This document shows, in pieces, positions 24,453 to 38,059 of a stretch of DNA of 64,000 nt. The notes under the pieces were generated by a model. It was given only the letters and a program-made list of their open reading frames with translations, was not told where the DNA came from and searched no databases. The translations under genes were made by a program, and so were the position numbers. The stretch is from the NCBI GenBank assembly GCA_965113315.1, contig OZ220375.1; one strand, given 5' to 3'. Positions within the stretch are counted from its first letter, which is position 1. Every line of letters starts with the position of its first letter. This DNA comes from Podarcis vaucheri. Its lineage: Eukaryota.

Positions 24453-24647
24453 GTGGAAGCAGGCAGAGGGCCTTCTCGGTGGTGGCGCCCGCCCTGTGGA
24501 ACGCCCTCCCACCAGATGTCAAAGAAATGAACAACTATCTGACTTCTAGAAGACATCTGAAGGCAGCCCTGTACAGGGAAGCTTTTCATGTTTGATGAAT
24601 TATTGTATTGTAATATTTTGCTGGAATTATTATTATTATTATTGTTA

Positions 24648-24692
<45 letters not shown>
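24453..24692 (+). mobile_element. L2 LINE 3' end with (TTA)n tail
   Basis: [24 protein letters not shown]...HLKAALYREAF peptide. Confidence 0.8.
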
Positions 24693-24693
<1 letters not shown>

Positions 24694-25644
24694 CTCCTCT
24701 ACCCTCGCTAGACTTCTTTCTAGCGGTCACCGTGAGAACTGGACGCTGGACTAGATTCCCCCCTCCACTTCGATCCCCTTGATGTGGGGCCGCGGCGATA
24801 TCAGCCTGGCCTGCCCCACCGCGTCTCTCCTGCCCATCTCCTCCGGGCTATTTTTAGGCACATCTCCCACGGAGGACTTCGGGTCCCGGCGCAAGGATGG
24901 GACGGCCTGACCTTGCAGACGGACGTGGCCACCTGCTCCTCCCAGGCCTGGCTCGGGGGTCGCTCGGGGACAGGCGCCGAGACGCGGGGGGGGGGGGGGG
25001 CGGCGAGAGAGGAAGGCCAGGCGCTTTCTCTGCAACGAAACCTCCCTTTCCCCCGCAGTCCCGCTTGCGGACACAAGGCGGCGCCCACGACCCACTTTGC
25101 AAATAGGCACCACCTGAGAAGACCTAAATTGGAAGGCAGGTGATGATGGAGAGCTGGAAGCGGCAATGAAACGGGGCGGGGAGGACGAGGAGGAGCCAGG
25201 ACGCCTGGGTTCCCTCATCAAGGTGGTGTGTGTGGTCCCAGTAGATTAGAACAGGTAGAATTATAGTAGCGTTGGAAGGGACCACGAGGGTCATCTAGTC
25301 CAACCCCCTGCCGTGCAGGACCCTTTGGCCCAACGTAGGACTCGAACCCACAGCCCTGAGAGTAGGGATCTCGTGCTTTCCCGACTGAGCTTTCCCAGAG
25401 CAGGAATAGCGTAGGGCTAGAGTTGTGGTCAGAGTATTGGCCTGGGAGAGAGGTCAGCGTTCAGCACCCGCCTCAACTTCTCCACAAAGCTCATTGGGTG
25501 TGACTGTGAAGGCCCGTCACGCTGCCTCGCAGGGTCATTGTGGAGACTAAATGAGGAGAGGGAGAAGGACCTTGAGATCTTTGAAAAAAAAGTGGGAGAT
25601 CAGGGAGGCAATGGTGGTCGCTGGGTGGGTATTCATGCTTTGTG

Positions 25645-26185
25645 ATGCAGCAGCAAAAAAAGCTAATGCTATTCTAGGCGGCACCAAAAGAAGTGGCCAA
25701 TGAAGAGAAGTTGCAGTACCACTCTATTCTGCCTCCGTCAGACTATTCTCGGAGTCCTGTATCCAGTTCTGGGCACCCCAGTTTAAGCAAGTGTGCAGAG
25801 GAAGGCGCCAGGATGATCAGGGCCTGGAAACCAAGCCTTGTGAGGAACAGTTGAGGGAACTGGGTGTGTTTAGCCTGGAAAAGAGGAGGAGATATAAGAG
25901 CCACCTTCAAATATCCAAAGGGGCGTCCCGTGGAAGATGGAGCAGGCTTGTTTTCAGCTGCTCTAGAGCGCAGGACCCGAAGCCACGGCTTCACACTGCA
26001 GGAAGGGAGATTCCGACTAAACCTCAGGAAGAACTTTAGAAGCCATTTGACAGTGGGAAGACGGCGGACTCGCCTTTCCTGGTGGCTTTGAAGCAGAGGC
26101 TGAATGGCCACTTGTCAGGGGTTCTGGCGCTGTGACTCTTGCACTGCAGGAAACCCTTGGGTCTCTTCCAACTCCAAAATCTCTA
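25645..26185 (+). mobile_element. Degenerate CR1 LINE 3' fragment
   Basis: [23 protein letters not shown] and [22 protein letters not shown] peptides, CR1-like 3' end. Confidence 0.75.
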
Positions 26186-27169
26186 AATTCTTGCCTCATG
26201 CTTCCCACATGGGAGGAGCAGCTGCTTTAGAAGGTGCTTTGTAGTCAGACCATTGGTCTATTCATCTCAGTATTGTCCACACCAGCTGGCAGCAGCAGCA
26301 GCAGCAGCTCTCTGCGATGTTCCTTTTAGGCAGGGAGTCTCTCTCCACCTGCTCTACCCACTGAGCTACGCCCCTTCCCCTCATTTCGCAGCGGCAACCC
26401 AGAAGCGCTTGCAACTTGCAAGGCGCAGAGCAGGGCGGCTGGGAGCCATAAGGCCTGCTTCCTCTGCAAGGCTTGGCGACGGGCCAAGAGGTTTTTGCAG
26501 CCAGGAGGAGACGTCTTCCACAGGCCTGGCCTGGGGTCCTGGCTCCAAACCCCGTCTGGAGGGTGCTCTCTCCCCCTTTGCCTGTGCCCCATATTCCGCC
26601 TTCCTCCCCACCCCCAGCTCCTCTCCCAGGGGGAGTTGGCCGCCCTCGCAACTCAAGTGATGTGGCAGAGCTTTGCGGTTTCCCCTTGGCCTGCTCTGCG
26701 CCCGCGTGGGTGGAAACTTAATCTGCTCTTTCCTCTGGAAAGCAGACGTCGCCAGCAGCTGCTGTTTGCAAGGTGGTGGGGCTTCTCGTTGCCCCGTCTC
26801 CCGTTGCCCAAAGAGCAGATTTTGCCCCCTCCAGAGGTTGGGAGTTTGGGGCTTCCATCGAGGGCTTTGCACCTTTACATCTGTCACATCTCACACAGGG
26901 CAGAGGACTGGACAAATTCACGGAGGAAGAGGCTAACAATGGCTTCTAGCCCAGATGGCTGAGCCTTGCTCCCACAGCTGGAGGCAGAGATGTTTCTGAA
27001 TGCCAGTAGCTGGTAACAGCAGGAGTGGGGAGAGCAGCTCTTGTGTTCGAATCCTGCTTGCAGGCTTCCCATGATGGGCATCTGGTTGGCCCCTGTGAAA
27101 ACAGGATGCTGGGCAGCCTGGCACTTCTGATCCCCTCATGCGTTTCCCTTGGAGCTATTACTTCACAGT

Positions 27170-27437
27170 GGTGAGCTCCCGTTGCTCGGTCCCTGCTTCT
27201 GCCAACCTAGCAGTTCGAAAGCACGTCAAAGTGCAAGTAGATAAATAGGCACCACTCCGTCGGGAAGGTAAACGGTGTTTCCATGTGCTGCTCTGGTTCG
27301 CCAGAAGCGGCTTAGTCCTGCTGGCCACATGACCCAGAAGCTGTACGCCGGCTCCCTCGGCCAGTAAAGCGAGATGAGCACCGCAACCCCAGAGTCAGCC
27401 ACGACTGGACCTAATGGGCAGGGGTCCCTTTACCTTT
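27170..27437 (+). mobile_element. 5'-truncated Sauria SINE
   Basis: Diagnostic body and CCTTTACCTTT tail. Confidence 0.85.
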
Positions 27438-27992
27438 TTTTAAACAGGGATGAGAGCTTAGCCATCCTCCCTACTGTGTCCGACCCCCAACTAATAACTG
27501 CATTCCTGCACTGCAGCGGGCTGGACTGGATGACCCTTGGGGTCCCAATTCTACAATCCTACGATTTCATGAATTGTGCACCCCTTGCTAACACAAGCAC
27601 GCCAGAGAATCCACCCGCCGCAGGAGCAGGCTCCCGAGTCGCTGTGTCACCCCCTTGCCCCGCAGACCAAGGCAGAGGGCTTATGAGTGCTCCGTATGTG
27701 ACCCCCAAGCTCCTGGGGGTGAGGGTCAAGGCATCAAGGGGTTCCCGGCACCAAAGAGAATGAGGGAACGTGGATTCTCGCCATTCCAACACGGAGAAAT
27801 ACGGAAGCAGATATGTAAAAATACATTTAAGAGAGACTTGCGTTTAACACTCAGACCTCCCCAAACACAAGCGCAGGGGGCGGTGTGCGGGTACATTTCC
27901 CCTCCCCTCCCCCGTTCATTGGCTATATGGAGGCGGGTGGCGCTGGGCACCCCCGGGGTGGCTCTGTCCGTAAGGGAGCGGGCAGCGCAGGC

Positions 27993-30900
27993 TCAGGTCC
28001 TGTTCCTGGCAGCTGGCGGGGCGGTACAGGGGCGCTTGGCGAGGTTGGTGAGGATTTTGTGCTGCGGTTGGCGGAAGGGCACCACGAAGCTGGTGGGGGG
28101 GAGCTGCCCGCTCCTGTCTGCGCCAACTTTGCCCATGAAGACGTAGTTGGCACCTGCAAGGGGAAAAGGAATGGTGTTATGTACTGAGTTGAATAGGATC
28201 CAAATTGCAGCAGTCTGATTGGTCCTAGAACAATAGGACCCAGAATGCAGCAGTCTGATTGGTCCTCAGGAGCCACCCAATCCAGCTCCAGGCGGAAAGG
28301 AATCCGAAACCTGATTGGCCTACAGGAGAATCCCGGAATTAGCCAATCACATTTATTGTGTACATAATGTATATAAAGCAGACATTCTGGGGGAACGTCC
28401 ATTCCTCCTCACCACTATGAGCTGAATAAAGAGCATGAAATCCACTCGACTCTGAGTATATTTCAAATACAGTGGACACTTGGGTTGAGAACGTGATCCT
28501 TGCGGGAGGCACATTCGCAACCCACAGCGTCCACAACAAGCAGGGCCGCGTCTGAGCATGTGCTGGTTGCGATTCGGTTCTTCTGCGCATGCGCAAAGCA
28601 CAATTTAGCGCTTCTGTGCATGCGCCGAAACCTGGAAGTAACCCATTCCAGTACTTCCGGTTTTCGGCGCGTCCGTAACCCAAAAATGCGCAACCTGAAG
28701 CGTCTGTAACCCAAGGTATGACTGTAATACATGGAGCCCCTGGGAGAGGAGGCTGGGTGGGCCTCAGCTGGCCGGCTGGGTGGGAGCCCCTTCACGTAGG
28801 CCCAGAACTGATGGCAGAGGGAGCCCACTCGTTTCCTGCTGCCCCACAGGGTAAGACTCGAACCCGCACCTCCAAATTGCAAGGAAGGAGATTCCCACTA
28901 AACATAGAGTTACAATGCCCTCACAAGGTGGTGGTTTCTCCTAGCTTGGAGGCTTTTAAGCAAAGGTTGGGTGGGCATCTGCCAGGCCTTCTCTAGCAGT
29001 GATTCCTGAAGGCGTGGCGGGGGCTGGACTGGATGACCCTCGGGGGTCCCATCCTACAGTTGTATGATCTCAAGGAGCTCTCTCGCCCCTCTGCACAGTT
29101 TGCGTAAGGAAACAGCGGAAGGAGCTGGTGTGGGGGTGAAAGGACACGTGAGGGGTGAGTGTGGGGGTCTCTCACCTTTCTTGAGGATGGGGCACTGCCG
29201 GCAGGGGGCCTCAAAGCGAAGGGGGGCTGCGCTGCCCTCGGCGGGGAGACTCAGGGCTCCTGCCTTGTACGTATTCGCGAGGACGACGGTGATGGTAACC
29301 TTGTTCCCTGCCCCTCGCACGGCCGTCTTCACTGTCCCAGAGATCACTGCAAAAGCGGCGTCGGAGGGTGAGGGGCTGCCAGAACGGAGGAGGACCCCTC
29401 CCAGGTTTGAGTCAGAGCAGCCGGCGGTTCCCAAAAATTCCTGGAGGACCCCCACCACCTTCGTCCCAGGATCTCGTTCCCATTGCCCCCTACCCAAAAT
29501 GCTATAAAAGGCATTATTCAGCAGTGGCGTAGCGTGGGTTGTCAGCACCCGGGGCAAGACAAGTAATTTGCGCCCCCTAACCCATGGATTTGCGCCCCCG
29601 AACCCTAACCCCCAGATGTTGCGCTTGGTGCGGCCAGCCCCCCCTGCACCCCCCATGCTATGCAACTGTTATTCAGAACAGCAGTTTGCTGCACCCGACT
29701 TATCAAAACACTTGCAATTAACCACACATTCGTTCAAAACCCAGTTAAAACTAATTAACTCCATAAAACTGATGACCAAAACTTAATAGTCATTGGCACC
29801 TCAAGCGCCCCCCTGCTGCCTGCTTGCCGTTCGCACCCCCTATGTAATTCCACCGCACCCCAGGGGGTAGGACCACTGATCTAAGAGGCTATGGGGTCTC
29901 ACTCCAGGGACATTTGGGGCTCATTCTGATTGACAGCTCACCCCCAGCCACTTCTCTTCTGCCCCCCTCCTCCCGGCTGCCCAGTTTCATTTCCAGGAGC
30001 TGGCAGAACGAGGGTGTGCACATTTCCCCACTTCCCCCCCCTGCACCTGTTCAAATGGGGGTTGGAATAGATGACCTTTGGGGGTCCCTTTTCATCATGA
30101 TTCTACGATGCCCCCTCCCGCTTTCCTCAAGGGCTCACCAAAATCGCTGGCGCAGAAGTTGCTCTGGAGCGTTCCTGTCCGGCGGCACTTGTCTGGGCAG
30201 GTGATCTCACCTGGGTGGTGGTGGGGGGGGGGAGAAATGGAGGGGAAGAGTAGAATTGAGACAAACCCTCCAACCAGCACTCTGCACATGCTCAGGAGCA
30301 CGTTCTCAATGTCACCTGCAGCAGGGCAGCTTAGGAAACTTTTACCTTGCTTCCTGCTTGGGCATTCAGAACACACATTATTCATTGAATAATATAAAGG
30401 ATGTGGACAATTTTGTGGATAAGTCTGAAGAACGGCGACTACCAAAACCACAGATTGGACTCTAGCAAACTATACTAGATTGATCTGTCCCGGAGGGAAA
30501 GAAATGGGGATTTTGTTTTTTGTATCCTTCTCCTTCTTTGTTTTTTGGTAATTGTTATATATTGGAAATCAATAAAACTATATTTATTTTACAAATAACA
30601 CATGCCAGGAGAGAGGCCTGGTAGCCCCAGGGGAGCCTGGCCTGCTGCAGACCATGGACAGTGGGGCTTTTTAGCTTGGAGAAAATGTGAACAAGAAGCG
30701 ACACAATAGAAACTTATAAAAATTATGCCAGGCCGGGAGAAAGTGTGGAGAGGAAAGTTTTTCTCCCTCTCTCATAGCACTGGAAATCATGGACATCCAA
30801 TGCAACGGAATGCTGGGACATTCAGGACCGATAAAAGAAAGTTAAACTGCGGAACTCCCTGCCACAGTAGACAGGGATGGCGACCATCATGGATGGCTTC

Positions 30901-33900
30901 CAAAGAAGATGAGACAAATCCATGGAGTAGAAGGGGGTTCTCCCCCCCCCCCAAAAAAAAAATTATTGCTTTCCCTGCAAATCCAAGAACAACATATTCC
31001 TACAGTAACTTGCCCAGCACTGCATTCTTGTTAAGTTTCACCTGAAGTACACAGTATGCATAGCTTCCAACATTGATCCAAGTAAAATAGGGACAGCGTG
31101 TCCAAGGAAAATCAGAATATTCAGGGATCATATCAGGAACCCGGGACAGCTTCTGTGAATCTGGGGCTGTCCCTGGAAAATAGGGACACTGGGAGGGTTT
31201 GCAGTACACAAGCAATGCATTTATTCATGCATTGTCGATATTTATAAAGGAAAAGAATTGGGGCGAAGTCTCACCCAAAGTGCCGACCCCTGAGTTGCTT
31301 TCCGTGGCAAGGGAGGCGTTCCGGTGGAGCCACATTCCAAATATTATTTAACCGGATTTCAAGGGGGATTTCTATGGATTGTTTGCCAAGCTGGGCTCGG
31401 AGAGGATTGGCCTTGTGCTCCGATCCTGCTTGCGGGTTTCACAACTGTGAGGACACTGGACTAGATGAGCCATTTTGGGCCTGATCCGGCAGCCAGGCTC
31501 TTCCAGTGTCCTTATGGAGCTCCAGCTCCAGAGGCAGTCTACCTCGACCCCTAGGTCCTGAGGGTTATTTGGCCACCGTGGGCCAAAGGAAGCTCTGGCC
31601 GGATCCTGACACACAGACACCGCGGTGATCCCGTCCGCAGATGCCTCTTACCTGTGGCAGGTGGTGCCGTGGGCCGTGTGGGGCTGGGGCGGGGCCTGGC
31701 GGTCGGTCTGGGGCGCGGTGCCGGCTTGGGCTTGGGGGCCACTGGCTTCCTGCCCGGCTGGGCTGGTTTGGAGCCCGGGAAGACGCGTCCCGTGGGCTGA
31801 GAGACGCCTTTGTCCACCGCCTCGCCGGGGCTCTTGAAGACGTAGGAAGCCGAGAAACCGTCGGCCGTCACGCTGAGATCCGAGACGAACTGGACCAGCA
31901 GTTCATTGCCATTTGAGGAGACGGTGCTAGATGACCGCAGGGAGAGGGAAGGAATTGAGAAGAGCAGAGAAGTCCCTCCCTAGCCCTACTCTAACGTCCT
32001 GGAAGCCACATTTAGGTTTCCAGGTGGGACGGCAAAAACCTCCAGGTCTCCTCTGTCTCTGAGATGCTTCTGGTTCCACGCAGAGGACCAGGCAGGCAGG
32101 TGAGGCTTGGTGGCCTCAAGGCGGGCAGGAGAAGACGGTGTGTCAAGACGAGGGGCTTGGATTTGGGAGGAACCAGGATTCCTCGAATCGTAGACTTGGA
32201 AGGGACCCCGAGGGTCATCCAGCCCAACCCGCTGCAAGGCAGAAGTATTCCGCTACCCGCATACAGGGATCAAACCTGTGGCCTTGGCATCATAGCCCCG
32301 CTGTCCGCTAACTAATTGAGCTGCCCAGGTGGCAGAGCAGCTTTGAGGCTGGTTGCTTGGGGGAAAGCCGGTTCAGAAGGGATCTCCCCCCCAGGCATGA
32401 GCACAGAGATGGTGGCTTTAAAAGAGGAGGAGGCAAATTATTGGAAGAGGAGGAGAGGGCGAGGGATGGCTCGAAGCGGCAGGCTCTGCTGATGTTCTTA
32501 CGAATACGATGAAATAGACAAAGAAATTAAATGGAGGAGGCGTAGAAGGAGGCCCTGTGAGGCCAGGGGCAGTTCAGGGAGGCCAAAGGCGATGGGGGAG
32601 AGAGATTATTTGCCAAAGCAGGCGAAAGGGAATGCTTGGTCTTAGAGGACGTGGGAATGACCTGGGGAAGGGAGAGAGCCAGTGGGAGGTCCTTATATGT
32701 GGGTGTAAACCAGGGGTTGGCAAACCAAGGCCCAGGGGCCGGATGCAGCGCCCCAGGCTCATAAATCCGGCCCACAGACCCTGCTGCGCGCTCGGTCAGT
32801 CCCCACACGCTGCAGACCCCTCTCTGTGCAGGGACTGACTGCCATCATGACGGGGGTGTCGTGGAGCCTCAGCCGGAGTTTGGCGCACCTGCTGACCCCG
32901 CACCTGGTGCCCGGGTTGGCGCTGCTACTGGTGGCATGCTCGGCAGCCGCGCTGGAGCAGCTGGAGGGTGAGCTGCACGCCGCCTGCCTGGTCCTCTGCA
33001 TGCGCAGCCTGCCCACTGACCCGGCCTCAGACAATGGGCTGCAGCGTGTGGTGCAGCTGTGGGACCGGTTTGGAGGGTATTCATATTTTTCAAAATATAG
33101 TCCGGCCCCCCACAAGGTCTGAGGGACAGTGGAGCGGCCCCCTGATGAAAAAGTTTGCTGACCCCTGGTGTAAACTCTCCAGAAACGACGGGGAAGGGTC
33201 ACCGAGGGCAGGGGGTCCAGAGAGCAAAAATCCCCCCATGGGGCAGACTGCCCTGCAAGCTTGTTATACTGAGCCCCAAGAGGACGAGGGACATGCATTT
33301 GTCACTGAAATGCTCTGGGGATCTTGAGATGAGCGCGAAACGGACTCCCCTTCCTTGGAGGTTTTTGAGCAGAGCTTGGCGTGTTGCGGGTGCTTCTGTT
33401 GCGATTCCTGCAGGGCAGGGGGTTGGGCTGGATGACCTCGGAGGTCCCTCCCTACCCTACAATCCTATATTTCAAGGAAGCATCCCAAAGAGGAGACACG
33501 CTGAAGCAATGGAGGACTGCAACCACCCTTAAGCTGGCTGCCAACGTGCTCCAGTCGCGACAGAAAGGGAAATTTGTGCGCTGCAAAGCCTCACCTGGGC
33601 GATTCGTCCCCGCAGAACTTGCCAATGCGCCTGGAGTCGTCTCGGTCTCCGCCGTTGAAAACGGCCACGTAGTCGTAGCGACAGTAGGTGTCGGGCTCCA
33701 CGTCAAACTTCCCGAAGGTCAAGACAATCACCTGAGCCAGGGGGGAAAGGAGAGGGAATCAGTTCCCGTTGCGCCGGTGCGCATGGCCTGACTCATAAGC
33801 TTTGCAGGCAGAGAATGGAGGTGGTTGCTGGGTGCCACCCCACCCACTGCCCTAGGAAGAGAGGCCCCGCCGGAGGAAGCCGGCAAGAAACACAGAACTG

Positions 33901-35871
33901 CCGAGCTGAAAGGGACCCCCCAAGGTCATCCAGCCCAACCCCCTGCGACGCGGCTAAGGGGACAAGCGAGCAGCCTTACCTTGTCCTTTGGGGCAATGAT
34001 GTGCCAAGAGCAGCTGATGCCAGGTGGGTAGTCGCTCTCAGGCCAGTTGGGGGTCTTGAGGGTGCCCTGGGGTTTTTCCAGCTTCCCCCCACAGAACTGG
34101 TGCTCTGCAAAGAGAGAAAGAGGGGCAGGGCCGCCAAGGGGGTCAGCGGAACGGGCCAGGCCAGGGATGCTCAGAAACTCATTGTGGCCCTCGTCTCTCG
34201 AGGCGGCACACAGGGAAACGTCTGGGTCGCCTGCTGCAAGCGTGCACACAGACACCACGGGGTCCCATGCCACCCCCCCGACACGTGCAGAGTCTCTGGG
34301 AGCCGTTGGCACAAGATGGGCTCACACCCAGCCTTTTGAACCCACAGAGGAAGGGGGCGCAAGTGTGCCAGTCGCTGCCGTGAGGGATCGCGCCCGCATG
34401 CCCATGTGCAAGCAGGCAAAACCCCTGCACGCCCTCAGGCCAGCCATTCCTGCGCAAACCTCTACCCACGTGCCGCATGCCAGCCAATATTCTACCCCCC
34501 CCCCAGAAGAGCCCCCTAACTAAGCCCAATTCAGAGGCCAGGCCTGTCCTGCAGCCAGCGAGGGCTTTGAAGGGGCCAGAGATCAAAGACCCAACGGGAT
34601 GGATGGGGGGTTTCAGGAAAGTAAGGGGGGTGTTTTTATTTTACTGGGGGGGGTGCAATCAAAGCTGCACAGGCGTCTTATGGTCTGAATGCTTGTTTGC
34701 TCTGGAAACAGTCCAGGGGGGCGGAGAGAGAGGCCCCCAAAGGGAGCAGAACCGCAGGGCGAAAACAGCAATTTGGGAGACCGCACTAATGACTGGTTGC
34801 AGAAGGACCAGGAATGGGAGGAAGAGACTGGCATCGCCAGGGGACGCAGGCAGAGAAAAGCGGGGGTGGAATGAGAATTTTATTTGGAGGGGTGTCCGTC
34901 TCTTCCATCCCATACTTCCAGCCCCTCCTGAGGACCCGGGATGGGGTCTCCCCCTTGAGCAGAGGACCCCACAACCCTCCTGACTATGGGCTTCCAAAAG
35001 CAGCAAGAGCACCCCTTGCCCACCCCCCAAAAAGCCAAGCCAAGCCCAGGCCTTGCCCTCCTTGGAGGGGCAGGAGGGGGGGTCTCTGCAGCTGCCACTG
35101 CGGGAAAGAACCGGGGGTCTGATACTCACCGTCCCAATAGTCCCACGGCTCCCAGAACCCCCAGGAGTCTATATGATGGGCACCCCCTTTTCCTCGTCCC
35201 TTTGGGCGCCCTAGAAAAAGGTCCTGTGCGTTGGGATGGGGCGGGGGGGGGAAGGAAAGGGGGTGCGAGAGACCTGCCCGGCCCCCTACCCTTTCCTCAT
35301 GCCACCCCAGGGTGCAGAGCGCCAGCCTCCCCTCATTATGCTCCCAGATGAGCAGCTGGTTCGGCCTGAAACTCTCCCTGCCGGATCCTTTTTACTCGAG
35401 GTCAAAGGTCAAATGCTTGCTGTGATCCACAGCAGCCCCCTCTCACGTTTTGAACATTCCAGCTGGCAAACGCTCCTCTCCCAAAACACTGCCCCCTGCA
35501 AAGTATTTGTCAGTCTAACGGTTGTTAAATTAGTATTTGAGACCCAGTCCTCCTAGGATCCCATTGCTGGCTGCTTCTTGGGGGTTTCTGTGCAACGTTA
35601 ATTTCAAAAGTCATCTGTGGTCCCAGAATAAGGAGTTAGCAAATAATGAGTCATAGTTGGCAGAGCTTCTCCCAGGGGTCATCCAGTCCAACCCCCTGCC
35701 AAGCAGGGATCTCAGCTAGATCAGATCATATATTGATCTATGGGCTACTTTTAAAATGAGGCTGCATTTTAAATTGCATTTTAAAATTGGTGTTGTTGTT
35801 TTTCCTATTATGATTTTACTGTAGTTTTATTGATGTTAGCCGCTCTGGCTGGGGAGGGCGGGGTATAAATA

Positions 35872-35934
<63 letters not shown>

Positions 35935-38054
35935 GGACAGGTGGCCCCCCACCCTCTGCTTAAAAACCCCCAAGGAAGGAGATTTCCCCACCTTCCGGGG
36001 GAGTTTGTTCCACTGACAAATGGCTCTTGCCATTAGAAAGTTCTTCCTGATGTGGAGTCTCAATCTCCCTTCTTGTTACTTGGAGTCATGGGTTCGAGTC
36101 CTGCCCTCCGGAGCAGCAGAAAGCAAGCTTGCTGCATCTTCCATCGGGCAGACCTTCAGATTTCTGAAGATGGCTCTAGTATCACCTTCCGGCCTCTCCT
36201 TCTCCTGGCTAAACATCCCCATCTCCCTCAACTGATCATCATCATGATCTCAGCGCGACTCACAATCTCAGGACTCAGTTTCCCTGACTATTAAATATAC
36301 AATCTTGACTTGATGGGGAAACAAAATCTCCTTGTTCTCAGCATGGGGGCCCAAAGGATCCTGGGTAATTTGCCAGAGGAACTGTGGGTAAGTTCGGCCA
36401 ACCTGGCACCCGCCAGAAGTTTGGAACTATAACTCCCGCCAGCCCCAAAGCCACTGGCCGCTGCAAGCGGGGTCCCTTACCGTCGACATGGGGGAGCCCC
36501 CCGCTGAACCACACCAGGAAGCCCCTCCCTCCGGTGCCCTCGTCGGACACCATCCGCAGCAGCATCCGGTTGCTGGTGCTGAGGACCGCCCCGGGCCGGA
36601 AAGTGCCGCAGAAACGACCCAGGCGCTGCCCCTCCACGGCCGAGTGCCCGTTGTAGACCTCCAGGTAGTCGTAGCGGCAGACGGGGTCCGGCTCCATGTC
36701 AAAGACCCGGAAGGAGAGCATCACCACCTGCCCTTCTGGAACCTGGGCATGGGGGGCAAAGGGGCTGTCAGATGCCAGGGGGTGGGCAGGCTGGCAGAGG
36801 GAGAATCAGGGGCACCCCTGGAGAAAGGAGACTGGCACCCACACTTCGGGGGAAATAAAATCTGAAATAGCTGCAGGCAGAAGGGAAAAGGAGGCTGTTC
36901 CCCTTGCGTGGCCTTAATTCAGCACCAGGATCAGGGTTCGAATCATCCCCCGGCCAGGAAACGCACTGGGAGACGTCGGTCAAGCTAGCCGTTGTCAATG
37001 GTCAGCAACTGGTGGGAGCTGGAGCGGGGGTACCTAACTGCGTGTCCCCCCACCCCCTGCCCAGGACCCCCGCCCCAAGGGAGAGTCACCGTGATGGTCC
37101 AGGTGCAGGTCTTGCTGGGAGGGTAGTGGCTGGGGAATCCCTCGCTGGCGATGTAGCCGTTGTCGCCAGTGTGGTCGCCCCCGCAGAGGAAGACGGGTCT
37201 GGAAGGGAGAGGGAGAAGCGCTGAGAGAGGCAGGGGGGACAAGACATGCCCCACAGAACCAAGGAGTTGGACGGGGCCCCCAAAGGTCATCCAGCCCAAC
37301 CCGCTGCAATGCAGGGAGAATCCCCTACTCCAACTCTGCTTTGAAACCTCCAGTGAAGGAGAGCCTGCCATCTTCTGAGGGAGTCCGTTCCACTAGGGGT
37401 CTGGGAGTTAAAGAGCCCCTGGCGTCAAGAAGCTTCTTCCTTCATCCATCCAGCTCAGGCTGGCAGCAGCGGCTCTCCAGGATTTCAGACGGGGCCCTAC
37501 TTGGAGGCACAGTTCTGCGTGCCAAGCAGACGTCCTGCCCCCTTTCCTGGACAGCCCGGGGCTAAGAAGGGGGCGGGCGGCGGGGCTGTGGGCACCCCCT
37601 CCTCCCAGCCTCTCTGCCCCTGACCCAGAGCCGCCGTCCCACCCCCCCCCAGCCCGCCCCCGTTCCCAGTAGCTCTCTTGACACCCCGTCCAAGAATTCC
37701 GGGAATCCGCTTGGCTCATCCCGGCTCCTGGCAGCCGGACCAGCCGCGTCTCGCCTAAACCCTTCCAGATGTGCCGCGGACGGACCCAAAACTTAGGGGG
37801 CGGGGGCGCGCAGCGGCTGCGGCAGTCCCCCCCCCCCGCAAGCACCCCCAGGATGTGGAACAGGGAAGGGGGCATCTATGGCGCAAAGTCACCCCCCAGC
37901 CCCGATCTTGGGGGTATTTCTTGGGATGGGGGGCTGGCAGATGAGACGGGTCGGGGGGGGCGCGCAGGTACCTGGTGGTGTTTCCATTGGGGGGGTCCTG
38001 GGCCCGAGCCAGCGGCAGGAGGGCGAGCAGCAGGAGGGAGAAGTGGGGCGCCAT
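27993..38054 (-). CDS. PCOLCE: Procollagen C-endopeptidase enhancer 1 (signal peptide, CUB, CUB, linker, NTR), 464 aa
   Basis: Exons 38054-37972, 37198-37090, 36742-36481, 34104-33980, 33731-33595, 31926-31652, 30210-30139, 29346-29176, 28153-27993. All GT-AG, phases consistent (1395 nt). [44 protein letters not shown] and [14 protein letters not shown], with six NTR cysteines. Confidence 0.95.
28175..28465 (+). mobile_element. Solo LTR
   Basis: TGTT...TTCA termini, three CTGATTGG (reverse CCAAT) plus one CCAAT, TATATAAA at about 28370, AATAAA at about 28425. Confidence 0.7.
28470..28724. mobile_element. Tc1/mariner-pogo MITE
   Basis: TA|CAGTGGACACTTGGGTT...AACCCAAGGTATGACTG|TA. Related copy at 49078-49319. 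Confidence 0.75.
29522..29668. mobile_element. hAT-type MITE
   Basis: CAGTGGCGTAGC...GCTATGCAACTG TIRs with a perfect 8-bp TSD TTATTCAG. Confidence 0.85.
32711..33167. mobile_element. hAT (Charlie-like) non-autonomous transposon
   Basis: CAGGGGTTGGCAAAC...GTTTGCTGACCCCTG TIRs with a perfect 8-bp TSD GTGTAAAC. Related shorter copy at about 56963-57212. Confidence 0.88.
35935..36235 (-). mobile_element. CR1 LINE fragment
   Basis: RLHIRKNFL...[21 protein letters not shown] peptide. Confidence 0.7.
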
Positions 38055-38059
38055 CGTCG

